Assembly (NCBI GenBank): GCA_964057225.1
Contig: OZ059898.1
Span: 11,594,001 to 11,658,000, forward strand
Length of the DNA stretch: 64,000 nt
Direction: 5' to 3'
DNA from: Auanema rhodensis
Taxonomy: Eukaryota; Animalia; Nematoda
The notes under the pieces were generated by a model, which saw only the letters and a program-made list of their open reading frames with translations, searched no databases and was not told the DNA's origin. Made by a program: the position numbers and the translations under genes. This document shows positions 39,519 to 51,502 of this stretch, in pieces (position 1 is the stretch's first letter; each line of letters begins with the position of its first letter).

Positions 39519-40211
39519 AATGTATAATATACTCTAAAATGTATGAATATGTGAAAGTTTATATAAATCTAAAAAATTGGTAAGTTTTATAGAAAAACTA
39601 TGATAAAGATCTTTCTTATAGAAAAAAACATAAATTATAATTATGTTTCAGATTATTGTATAATTAGAATAAATACTTCACCTAAAAAAAAGAAGAAGAA
39701 TTATCAAGCAGAAGTATTCATTTACAACTTTACAGCTTAATATGATCTTAGAACTTGTTCTGCTCTATTTAATATTTCATATATAGAAAGTATTATCTAT
39801 TAGCTTTGTGTGTTTATCCTCTTATGAAATTTATCTTTGATAATATTTTATAATTAAGTTTTTGAACTTTTCCAAGTAAATTTAAAGTTCTTTATACTAT
39901 TTTAATTATATTTGCAATTGTTATGTTACAGCAGTTGTTATGTTCTGATTTGTGTTTTAGTTATTTCTTGAATAAATACTTTGAATAAATTAATTTTTTT
40001 CTGCTTATCAAGCAATATTATAGGAATTATTTGAGAACTTTTTGAGTTTTTGAGAGAGAACTATTTGAAAATAAGGTTATAAACAAATGAAAAAACATCA
40101 AATAAATAATGTGAAAAAGATTTAATATCCTAAAGTAATCATGAGAAATTGGAATAAAATTATTTTTTTTTATGAAAAGACAGTTAATTGGATTGCAGAC
40201 GTATGAGATTC

Positions 40212-40225
40212 GTTGTCATGACGAT
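40212..40225 (-). promoter_or_regulatory. X-box (RFX/DAF-19 site) upstream of tektin
   Basis: The minus strand reads ATCGTC-AT-GACAAC, matching RTHNYY-WT-RRNRAC, ~700 bp upstream of a ciliary gene. Confidence 0.55.
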
Positions 40226-40797
40226 CATATCAACCCACTATCACAGTGAGATAGCTTTTTATAGTAAAAACTTACAAAAAAACAATCAGGATAAAGGTTT
40301 GTTTCATGCTGAAAATGCTGGAAAAATGCTTTTTTTTCTCTTCTTATTATTTGTTGTGAACTATTAATATATTCATATCTCATATCTTAAGCTGTTACAT
40401 ATTCATAATAATCAGCAGGTGATACATGTCTCTTTATATCTCAAATATAATATATAATTAAGATGTACGAATAAGCAATATGATATATAAAAAAAAAGAT
40501 ATTTTAATAATTTATAATTATATGTTTTATCTTTTAAATTATTTATTATAATAAATAATAATTATTATTTTCTTTGTTTTCAGAATTTCGATTTTCTTCA
40601 ATTTGTATACGAAATATACGAAATATAAAATGTTTGAAGGTGATATATAGTTTACATAACTGTGTAATCTCTGATTTCTCTTGTTGTACAAAAATTAATA
40701 AAAATATTTTCAACAATAATTTGCTTCTCATTTGCTATCAAGCAAAACAGCAATTCGATATAGATCTCACTTCATTATTCAGTTCTAACATCTCAAA

Positions 40798-40981
40798 ATG
40801 ACTAGAGAAGAAGCTTCTGCATCAATTCAAGGTAATGTTCAACTTTAGATGATGTTTGTATTGTTTTTGTTTTTTTTTTTTAATTTAAATTGCGGTTTCT
40901 GGATGATAAAGATCGTTTAAGATTTCCGGAGCTAGATAGCATGATTATTTGAAATGAACATTCTAACTAGAAGTATCAAAT

Positions 40982-41027
<46 letters not shown>

Positions 41028-41124
41028 TTACTTCATAGAGTTTCTAATATATTTGACTAATTACTTCATTTCCAGATAAAAGCTTCGATAACAATCCTAT
41101 GAGCGATTATAATCTCAGTAAAAG
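40798..41124 (+). CDS. chtl-1: Putative distal alternative first exons of chtl-1 (40798-40831 and 41076-41124)
   Basis: attcag|...ATG MTREEASASIQ-G|gtaat...tttccag|DKSFDNNPMSDYNLSK-AG|gtaaa. The phase-2 end fits the shared exon at 45158 (R-GCTD) and resembles the proximal exon end DK....NP...TKR. Confidence 0.6.
40982..41027. repeat. (GA)n microsatellite
   Basis: Direct GA run with one interruption. Confidence 0.9.
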
Positions 41125-44100
41125 GTAAAACTTCACAAATACTTGATAAATTGTCCTTATTCAATTATAAAAATTAGAAAATTCGAACAAATTTCTAATT
41201 TGATAACCCATGTTATATATCTCATTCGTTCAAATCGATGAGTTTATAGATTTAATGCGGTAAAATAATTCTGATAATGTGAATTAGAATAAAATTTGGC
41301 ATAAATTAAGCATAATTATGGCTCAATTGCCATACCATTTCAAATATAAATTACAATATATCCAGTTTAGTTATCTGTGTCAAATCACAAGCCATTTGCA
41401 GACTTGATCTCTTTCCTAGACAACCGGTTCTGCAGCATCCTTGCAGTCCACGTTGGTCCTTCTCTTTCATTTCTCGATTCCCTGTCCTTCCTCTCTCTTC
41501 TACTTTCTCAAAGCACCTCCCTGTCTAAATCATCTTATTTTGAAGTTTTCAAAACAGAAACATTTTCAGTTTCATATGAAATATCTATTGGTTGTCGTGT
41601 TTTGTTATTGTTGTTTGAAGTCGTTGAGAACAGACAGCCAGTATCTCTTCAACATTACCACATCCACATTTTATTTGAAACTTGTCTATCAGCCTGCTTC
41701 ATCATCGTCTCATTATCTTTTTCAAAATTTTTCTATTTGAAATTGCCAGTTGACCTCATGTCATCATCTCTCCTCATCATTGAAAAACGTCCTTTTTCAT
41801 TTAATCAAGTTTCTTTTATCGACTTTTTCAATAACTTCTTCAAACCTTTCATTTCTTTTGTTCAAAATACTGACTTCCCCCTTATTCTACTTTAATTGTT
41901 TTTCTTTGAATCATCATCAGAGTTCCACTTGGTCATTCTCCTCTTTTTCACAATCTATATGTTTTTCTTTTTTAATTTCATCGTTTTCAACTGAAAATCA
42001 ACTTCATTTTAATACTCATATACATGTAATTTCTCGCTGCTCCCCTTCATTACTAAACAACCAATTTTGGTTCCTTATTCTTCTCATTTTGGTTTTTTTG
42101 GCAAATCTATTGAAGACTGTCCTCAATTAAAGTCGCATAAGCTACAGAATATTTTTGAAAAAAAAGGCTTATTTTCATTCACATTGCCATCCGGATCGCG
42201 CATCAGACTGTCGTGAGCGTCACGCATTCATAGTCCTTGAATTATTTTATCGTCGTCTTTCCATTATACACATACATATATTCCCTCGTTATAATGTCTA
42301 GAATCTGTATTTCCTTTCTCACTCATCTTCTCTCTATTTCTCTCTCTCTCTTGTTCATATTCACTTACCCAGATACAGGTATGTACTCGATAATCTTCGT
42401 CTCTTCCTTTTACAATAGTATAACCTTCCGTCCTTGGCACCTTTTCCCGTTCAATATTTACTATAAATCCTATGTGTAATTATTAAAATTTATATAAAAT
42501 CTTATTACATTGTATATAAACAGATATGTAACTCATATAGTTCACAATATTTGCCTACTAACTATACATGTATAGTTTATGTTTTTTTTTCTTTTTTTTT
42601 CCTGTTCTATCTGTGTACATACTTACCGAACACATGTGTGTATCAAAGCGTTTCATGAACAAAGTTTTTTTTGGTATTATGCTTCTTTCCACAAAAGAAC
42701 ATCATCATCAACAGCATCATTGTCGTCGTTTAACTGTCTTCAACATCTGTAGCAACAAGCTGTTGTCCTTATCATCAGTATAGCATTTGATCTTGAAGCT
42801 TAACAGCCTTACTTGTCGCATTCAAATTTCAAATAGTAAATACAACTTTGTCTTGAAAAATGTCTCTTAAACCGAGCTTACTAAAACTTTAAAACTTGAA
42901 GCATAACGTTTTTTTACATGCTGTTTGTATGACGTCATTGATTGGATCAGGTGTTCATGTGTTCGCTTTTTGTTCCTGTTAACTTGTTCTATGCTGTTCT
43001 CATACTTCTGCAATCCCATTTACTTTTAGAAAAATAATTTGTTCTTTTCCAGTCTCATTACTATTTTTGTCCTTTCTTCATGTCATGTCAAGGTTATTAT
43101 ATGATAGGAAACTATTCCAAAAAGATTAGTCATCAGCTTTCATACTTCATTCTTTTCCAAACATCTAGCTATCTATCTATCCATCTGCTTCTCAATAATG
43201 AATCTGATTTCGGCAAATCGCTTTCTCCACTTTTTTGACCAGTTTTCCGTCTTCAACTTTTCATCGTTATCAGTCGTCGTAAGCTAATTATCATGGGATT
43301 GTCGTCAACCTTTATCCTGTTTCCTATTTTCGCGCACTTGAGATGACTTTTACCTTCACACTTTCAAACCCCGGGAAATTTCATTTTTCTTTCATGTAGC
43401 CTAAGCGAACGGTTAAGCTTACTCATCTTTTCTTTTCTTCTTCTTCTTTTCTCACCCCTCATACCATTCCCAAGCTGCTTTGAACCTGTCATCACATCAA
43501 ATTTGTAGCCAAAAAATCTTATTTTCGTCTCCTCATACGGAATTCGTGCCGTTTTTCTGCAGATAATGCTCTTCAAACTGGTGACATTACATCATCCGAG
43601 CATGGTCAGGTAGCAGAATGCTCATTTTCTGCAGTCTGACTCATCAATGTCGACTAGAATCTGAAAGTCAAAGCCGTTTTCGTTGGTCACTCAACATCTA
43701 TTTACTCACTCCATTGTCAGCTTACTACGCTTGCGACCCCATCAAACAATTTTCTGTACACTATTCTCTCACCTCCCCAACCCTTCTTTTATGGCTTGAG
43801 ACTAGCATAATAGCCTCATATATCTTCATAATCATGTGAATATTAACTGAATTTGCTTATTTTCCGTCGACTTATTCCCATAAGTTCATGTTTGTACGAG
43901 ACATGACTACAATCTGCAATTTCATTTCCTTTGTTCTTGTTCATTTTTTCATCCAGTAAACATATTTTTTCCTATAATTCAAGAATATTTTATAAATATC
44001 TCTATTTATTTCTTCAAAATTACATAATTTAACAAAAATCACACTGAACGAGGAAGAAAGGTTTAAACCTTAAATCTTCAATAAGAGAGCCAAGTAATTC

Positions 44101-44641
44101 AAGACAAGTCTTTCGTTTTTCATTTACGAGGCAAGTATAATAAGAGAGAGAGAGACAGAAAGAGAGAGAGAGAAGGAGAGAAAAGAAAAAAGCTTTTCTT
44201 TTTAAAAGAATTTTAGTTTTCAAATGGCTATTTGGCGTAGATTCGTATTTTTCTTTGACCTGAGAACTACTTTCCTTTATTAGTGTTTAAAATTCTTTTC
44301 AAATCTTTTAAAACGATGAATTCTTAGTTCAATGTGTCAAAATCTTAATTATTCTCTTAAAATTGAATGAGGCTTAGAACTAAAAAATGTTTTCGGATCT
44401 TCAATTGAAGATAAAACAAATCGTTTTCTCTCACCATCAGGTCAAAAATTTTTTTGTTTTCTGTTTGTCTTTCTGTCATCATCTCTTTTCCCGAGTTCAT
44501 CTTTCCTTTTCTGAATTTTTCCCGTTTTTGCAGAATTTCTCTCATCAATTGCTTATTAACATTTACTGTATGAATCTTGAACCATATTCACTTTATTGTA
44601 TCAGGTTGAAGAAGTTGTGACACTTTTTAAGTTTTTTCGTA

Positions 44642-44714
44642 GCCTCGTTAGCTCAGCTGGTAGAGCGTTAGACTTTTAATCTAACGGTCAGGGGTTCGAG
44701 CCCCCTACGGGGCT
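44642..44714 (+). tRNA. tRNA-Lys(TTT)
   Basis: GCCTCGTTAGCTCAGCTGGTAGAGCGTTAGACT-TTT-AATCTAACGGTCAGGGGTTCGAGCCCCCTACGGGGCT: 73-nt cloverleaf followed by a T-run. Confidence 0.97.
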
Positions 44715-44806
44715 AATTTTTGTTTTTTTTGATTGCTTATCCTATGACATCATTTCTTATCTATGACTCATCTGTTGATATCTTTTATTTAGATGCTTTA
44801 ACCAGA

Positions 44807-47800
44807 ATGAAAAAACAACAAGTTTATCCTACTGCACCTTCTCAAGAGCTTTACTATGCTGTGCACCCACCTCCTTACAGCTGGTCTCCTCCACCCCCAC
44901 CCGCTCAAACAATACCAACGGGTCCTCCACGAGTTTTATATAATCACGATGAATATGAGGATCTTCCATCTGATCCCAATAAGGTTGCCCGATTCCGTGT
45001 GAGACCAGACAAAAAGTGTAAGAGGCATAATCCTCAGTTATACACCAAGAGGTAATAATTGTGTCCTCTTGGAAAAATCTGAAGTCATCTTCATTCAATA
45101 GCGCAAATACATCTACAAGTGTATGTGTCATTAACTATGATAAAACGGTATTTTCAGAGGATGTACGGATGTTTTTTGTTGTTTTCTGTTCCTTTTGTTT
45201 ACAGCCGGATGGGTTGTCGTAGCAACTATTGGTTAGAGTTTCATCAAATGAGGCCATATGAAATCGTATAACTTCAGGCGTTATGTGGGGAGATCCTGAG
45301 AGATTAATCACACCAACAGACTCATATGGAAGGAGATGCGGAAGTCATCGGCCGAATTCCTATAACTATACGTATGTTTAATAAAAATATGTTTCAATCA
45401 AGCAAAGGGATTTATTTTAGATCCAGACCTTATTTATTATATTTTGATATTACTAAATGCATATCATATGCTACAGCCCTTGGAGGTTGTCAAACTTCTC
45501 AGGTATCATTTACTATTCTTTTACGTTAACTAATTGAATAAGAAGGCTATCTTGATATTTCATGTTAAGGTTTGTGTGGAGGAATGTCCTACAGAATATT
45601 TTTCATATCTTGAACTTCAATCAGTATCATCTCATGACTTACAAGCCAAGGTTTGACAGATGTTGACAACATCTTCTGAAGATGATTATGATTTAGATTC
45701 ATAAAAATCTTTATTGTGTTGATGGAATAAATAAAGCAACAATTAATAATTTTAATACATTACGTCAACTAGTTCAATCAAAACAGTGTACTTCATATAC
45801 TGTTAATTCAGCTCCTGGTAAGCTTATTAATCAAATAATACAAAGCAAATCATCTCATTATTCAGTTTTGGGACGATGTATACCTCAAGCAATCATTGGA
45901 GCAGTGGATAAAGTCAATGAGTTGCAACATGCTAATATCTCTCTTGACATACTGCGAACTCGATTTGGTGATGATGGTGGAGCCATTCCAGAAGATAGTC
46001 AAATCAAAGGAAGTCAAGTTGTCGTTGGTGCAGTAGTTGACTCCGAAACTTCTGTTTTGACAAAAATGGTTCATGATTTGTCTAAATCATGGTGGCAGGT
46101 ATGAATGAAACATAGTGTACCTTATGATGATATTGATTCTAATCCAGGTTTTAACTCTTATTATCGCAGCTGGTGTTCTCGCTTTCTTGTGGACTGTAGT
46201 TATGCGAATTCTTGGATCCATGATGATCTGGACTTCTATAATTGTCTTGATGGCAGTTCTATTAGGAGGTTTGCATCCAGCTTCTAATATTTCTTAGTTT
46301 TTCAAATAAACGGTTTAGGATGTGGATACAGTTGGTTCAAGTGGAATACTTTAGTTAAACAAGGCGCAATTGATGATTTTTCTTTCCAACCTGTCTTCAG
46401 CGTTTATTTCGAGATGCCAACAACATGGCTCGTAGTTGGTAAGAGAGTTTTCAATTTTTTTCACGTATTGTTCACGTGAAATATTCTTATTTCATAAAAA
46501 TGATTAGACACATGCGGTTGCACTTATAGCATTTCATTTTTATTCATTCAGTAATTTCTTTTATTTTCAGCAATTGCCTTGAGTGTATTAGCATTAATAT
46601 TCCTTCTGATATTAATGTTTGTTCGAAAACAAATATCTATTGCTGTCGCACTAATTGAAGAATCTAGCAAGTAAGAGTTTTAATGCTTTTCGACATTTAA
46701 TTTCATTGACTTCTTCAGAGCTATTGGAAATATGATGTCAACACTACTTTTCCCTCTTTTCCCATTTGCTTTACATATTATAGTTTGTTAAACGTTTGAA
46801 CAACTTTTTCAAAATGGCCTTCATTTAGGTATTCGTACTATGGGGATCCATAACAATCTGGATTTCATCTTCTGGACAAGAAACCTGTATGAGAGTTCCT
46901 TATCCGGGTGCACCTGTAACAAATACAAGTATTAGATGTGATTGTTCAACATCATTACAAGTAAGTTTATGTTCCGTAGCAGCATCGAAGCTTAAAACTC
47001 TCTTGTTCAGGACAATACATGTGTTTTCTTTAATATAACCAAACAAGAAGATATTATATTTTGGCTTCAAGCATACAATCTTTTTGCATTTTTCTGGATG
47101 ACCTGCTTTGTGGCAGCTTTAGGTAAAATCCTACTTCTCTGAAAACAACTATTTCTTTTTTTTCAGGCGATATTGCTCTTGCTGGCGCATTTGCTAGCCA
47201 TTATTGGGCTCTGGACAAATCAAAAGATCTTCCATCTTTCCCTGTTCTCCGTGCTTTAGGAAGGGCTGTTAGGTTGATATTAAGAATAAATTATCAAATT
47301 TTATTTATATTCTTCTTTCAGATATAATCTTGGTTCTCTAGCTTTCGGTTCCTTAATCATAGCTATTGTGAAATTTATTCGCGTTATATTAGAATATCTT
47401 GAAGAAAAGTTTGGAAAATCTGAAAATGGAGTTGTGAAAACGATTTTCACGTAAATTCTAACATTCATTCTTCTGATAAATTTTCTTTTTTTTTCAGAGC
47501 ATTGAAATGCTGTTTCTGGTGTATGGAAATATTCTTCAGATTCTTAACCAAGAATGCTTATATCATGGTTTAAATTTGATTTTTAATTCTTGACATTTAA
47601 TAATTTCAGATGGCTATTTATGGCAGAGGATTCTTTACTTCTGCTAAAGATAGTTTCTTCTTGTTGGGTAGAAATATTCGAAGAACAGTTGTTGTTAACC
47701 AAGTAGCTGGTGTTCTTCTATTTATAGGCAAAGCTATGATTACTGTAGGAATGGGTAAGTCATCCAATTGCTGTTTCGATTTGCTAAATTTCAATTTTGT

Positions 47801-48134
47801 AGGAGTTGTAGCATTTTTCTTCTTCTCAGGTCAATGGGTTGTTGAAGGCATACCTCGAGTAGATTTATATTATTATTTTGTTCCAATCGTCCTCGTTCTC
47901 ATTGGAAGTTATTTCATAGCAGATCTATTCTTTGATGTCTATGAAATGGCTGTTGATACAACATTCATATGTTTCCGTAAGTTTATATTTGTAATATTAT
48001 CAAATATGATTTGTTTTTTTCTAGTGGAAGATTCGGAAAACAATGACGGGAGTCCAGAAAAGCCGTACTTTATGTCGAGAAGACTACAAGATATACTTGG
48101 AAAATCTAACGATCCAGCTGTTCACCCAAAATAG
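44807..48134 (+). CDS. chtl-1: Choline transporter-like protein (SLC44/CTL family)
   Basis: RGCTDVFCC...GDPERLITPTDSYGRRCG...RPYLLYFDI...LAGAFASHYW...RYNLGSLAFGSLI...KNAYIMMAIYG...[26 protein letters not shown]. Confidence 0.95.
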
Positions 48135-48760
48135 TTTAATAATTTTTTTTTGATTTATTTGTCATGATTAACATTAATAAGCCAATTATATACTGTACAA
48201 TTTTACCAAATTTCTAGTCTTTTCTTATTACATTCATAATATTTAAATGTTTTTTTCTCATATACATACGCTGTTCTTCTTCCAAGATAAGTAGCACGGG
48301 TAAAACGATGTTTACTTGTTTAATAAAATATATTTTTGATGTTACTCCAATGTAAATATAAATTTGATGTACTGATTTGTTATTAAAATATGTTTATGAA
48401 AATATGAAGACAAAAAAATCTTTCTTAATATTTTTCTAATTATTCTAAAATTAATCTAATAAACAAAACGAAAATTCTATATATATATAAACAACAAATA
48501 TATATTTCATACTGCAATTCTGTATTAAATGAAATGTGAAATATGTCAACAATATAATATATTATATAATATTTAAACAATTGAAGCGATTTCTCTCGCC
48601 CGAACCAGTTCATGAGTGTGGTCAAACTTAAATTGGTCCTACCACGATCACACAGTTAAATTCAAATTCACACTTTCCATGACATAGTTAAGGAACTTCT
48701 GCATAATTTACTCTTAATATATAAATATATTGTAGTTAATTTCCATTTTTGATTGTATAG

Positions 48761-49830
48761 ATGTTCGGAACAGCGGGTGGAAGCAGCACAGGGCTTTTTT
48801 CCTCCCCTTTAACTCCGAAACCAGCCACAACAGCTACGTGAGTTTTATCATTTCTTTCATGCATCAATGTCTAATTCTCAGACCCCTTTTAACTTCAAAT
48901 CCCTTATCCACTCCTTCGATTAAGCCAACTATACCAAATGTTGATGAAAAACAGATACTGTTCGGAGATTTGGAGACCGTAAGTTTTTATGTTCTTAGAA
49001 GATAAATTTGAACGTCTATTAAGATTGTTAACAATTTAACAATGGAAGTCGCTCATCTTGAACGATCGTTCTTATCACAAGCTTTAGAAATTAACGCTTA
49101 CGACAGAGTTGTTCGAGAAAACGAGAAGAAAGTATGCTAGTTTGATTATTAGTTTGAAATTATTTAATCTTTTAGTTAATTAATGCTGATAAGGAAATTT
49201 CAACACTTGAAGCATCCCGTGATCGTTTAAATTATAATTTAGGCTTTATCGATGAGCAGCATTCAGGTATAATATTTATATATATATTTTAGTATTTTTT
49301 AGCAAAGTATGTCTGTTTTAGAACTCGAAAACCTTGTATCTGATATTGAAAAGAAGCTTGGTCTTCCGGATTGGACAGATTATGCCAAGCCATACCCAAT
49401 TGATATGACTTGTGCTTCTCCTGCTGATGAACAAAGACGAAAAATGTAAGTTTATAGTATTTGTTTGATATGTAGATTTTTCTTTCTTCATTTAGAATGC
49501 AATTGCTAACAACTGTTGATGCTCAACTGAAAGAAGCGGGGGACGACATCGATGAAATCATTGGACAGGTGATTTTCTATTCGACAATGATTTTATATAA
49601 ACATTATATTTAGGTTACTGCTCTTGTTAAAGAAAAGGAAAATGTTTCTTCTAATGTTGTTACTGTAGAACATATCCAGAAAGTGCTTAAAAAACAGTTG
49701 GAAAATCTCGTTTGGCTTGATTCTAAAAGCGGTAAGTGTTGCTTATTTTTTGATTTTTAATCCTATTTATTTCTTAGAAGAACTAAATTCAAAGACAGCG
49801 AAACTCAGTCGATCTCTCAACCAAGATTAA
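48761..49830 (+). CDS. Nup62/Nsp1 C-terminal coiled-coil protein with almost no FG-repeat region
   Basis: MFGTAGGSSTGLFS...IVNNLTMEVAHLERSFLSQALEINAYDRVVRENEKK...RLNYNLGFIDEQHSELENLV...ADEQRRKM...QKVLKKQLENLVWLD follows the Nsp1_C pattern. Confidence 0.8.
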
Positions 49831-49980
49831 ATGTTTTTTTGTACAATATTTATGTTGTGATTCTTGAGTTTTATAAAATTTGGCTCACTAGCATTCTTGT
49901 TCTAATTCATGTTGATGCATTTAAAATATTTATATGCTATATGACCACATATTATTAACGCTGAAATTGAACAATTGAAG

Positions 49981-51395
49981 ATGCATGATACTGTAATCTA
50001 CAATAGATTTTCCTGTGACCGGCAAACCTTAGAAAGGTATTCATGAATTACAAATTTATTCTCGAAAATCTGGAGTTTAAGGTTGTCTTCATTAGCACAA
50101 GGTATCCGTAGTATGGATCAAAAACTCAATAATTTAAAAGACTATGTTTTTAATTCTCAGGAAGATAATGACTTAAGTGAACAAACTTCCTTAGTGAGTA
50201 TATTAGTCAATAAATTTTTTATTAAAATTGCTTTTTCAAATGATGGAAATTGAGATGGTTAGATCTGCAAATGCTTTTAAATCTAGGAAATTGGAAAAGT
50301 TAAAGAGGATTTGCTTAAAGAAACATGTATTCATACAGAATATATTCGATCAGATAGATGAAAATGTAATTCCCTTCATACTAATATGACAATTCATTGT
50401 ATTTAGGATCGAAATCAGAATAAATTAGAAGCGAAAATTGAAATTTTAAAGGAGCGCATTGAACAGTTTAGGATAGAGCACGAGAAAAGACAGTAAGCTG
50501 AAACAAAGCTCTGATAATATGTCTTCGATAATGAACATTTTAGAAATGTATTGAATGTATATAAGGAAGTACTTAGAGTTAAAAGGAGGAACTTAATTGA
50601 AGATTTACAGAAAGTTTTTCCAGTAGAGGTATTATCTTCAAGTATTGTTGATATGAATTACAAATTTCAGACCATTTCCCCTCCGTCTAAAGACTGTGCA
50701 TGCGAACCATACTATACCATACGAGGAATACACTTCCCTTCTGTACCCTTACAACAAGGTTTTTCATAATTCAGCTTATTATTAATTTCGAAGTTTTCAG
50801 GTCATAAGGAGCTATTGCTTTCTAGTGCTTTAGGCATCATTGTACATTTTCTTAAAACACTAGGTGACATAATGGATTACACCTTCCATAATCCAGTTAT
50901 TCATAATTCTTCAAATAGTTCTATTGTACATAATCATTATGAAAAGCTGTAAGTTATTTTCAAAGTTTTTAATCTAATTTATTTTTGTAGAGTCCCTTTG
51001 TATAAAGCTGGATGGCGCAGTGATAAAGACCGCTTAGATGTGGCTTTTGCGTTGCTAAGTAAGTTTTTTTCGAAAACCTTTCTGATAGCTTCCAATCATT
51101 TTCTAGGCCAAAATGTGATGCAACTAGCAAATGATACTGGCTATTCGCTATCAGAAGACAATATAGCTGCATCAATACGCGAATGGATGCAGTCGTTTTT
51201 GAAAAAGTAGCATATTTTGCTTAATTTGTTATTCACATTTTCGTTTTTAGCTCAAAACCCATGGATCTGTGTAGGCCAAGTCAAAGTATATTCAGTCCAG
51301 CTTCCTTGACTGAAGATCATTTCTCTAGTCTTGAAAAAGGTATAAGAGATATGTTTACAACTGTACCATATACGAATGATGTAATTAAGATTTAA
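49981..51395 (+). CDS. UVRAG/VPS38-like PI3K complex subunit
   Basis: Coiled coil, then RRNLIEDLQKVFPVE...YYTIRGIHFP...SSALGIIVHFL...DYTFHNPV...PLY...DRLDVAFALL.QNVMQL (UVRAG/Atg14-family pattern). Confidence 0.75.
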
Positions 51396-51502
51396 ATAAA
51401 TAATTTATAATGTTAATCGGTTTCGTTTTGTTTTTCTACAATCGGTTCAGACCTTGTATCTCTTGATGATTGTGCCAAAAATTTCATATTAATGTGATAT
51501 AG

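Noticed and set aside
40799-40820. TGACTAGAG, a miR-44/279-like seed
   Set aside because: No complementary hairpin arm; better explained as ATG ACT AGA of a chtl-1 first exon.
42294-42378. Possible exon MSRICISFLTHLL...YPDT-G|gtatgt
   Set aside because: Its phase-1 end does not fit the chtl-1 shared exon, and no convincing partner exons were found.
41377-44620. Long F/S/L-rich ORFs in the ORF track
   Set aside because: Low-complexity CT-rich intronic/promoter DNA, many non-ATG starts and no recognisable domains.
48580-48658. Hairpin GTGTGGTC...GATCACAC followed by an ACA-like end (H/ACA snoRNA-like)
   Set aside because: No ANANNA H box or good first hairpin; more likely promoter sequence.
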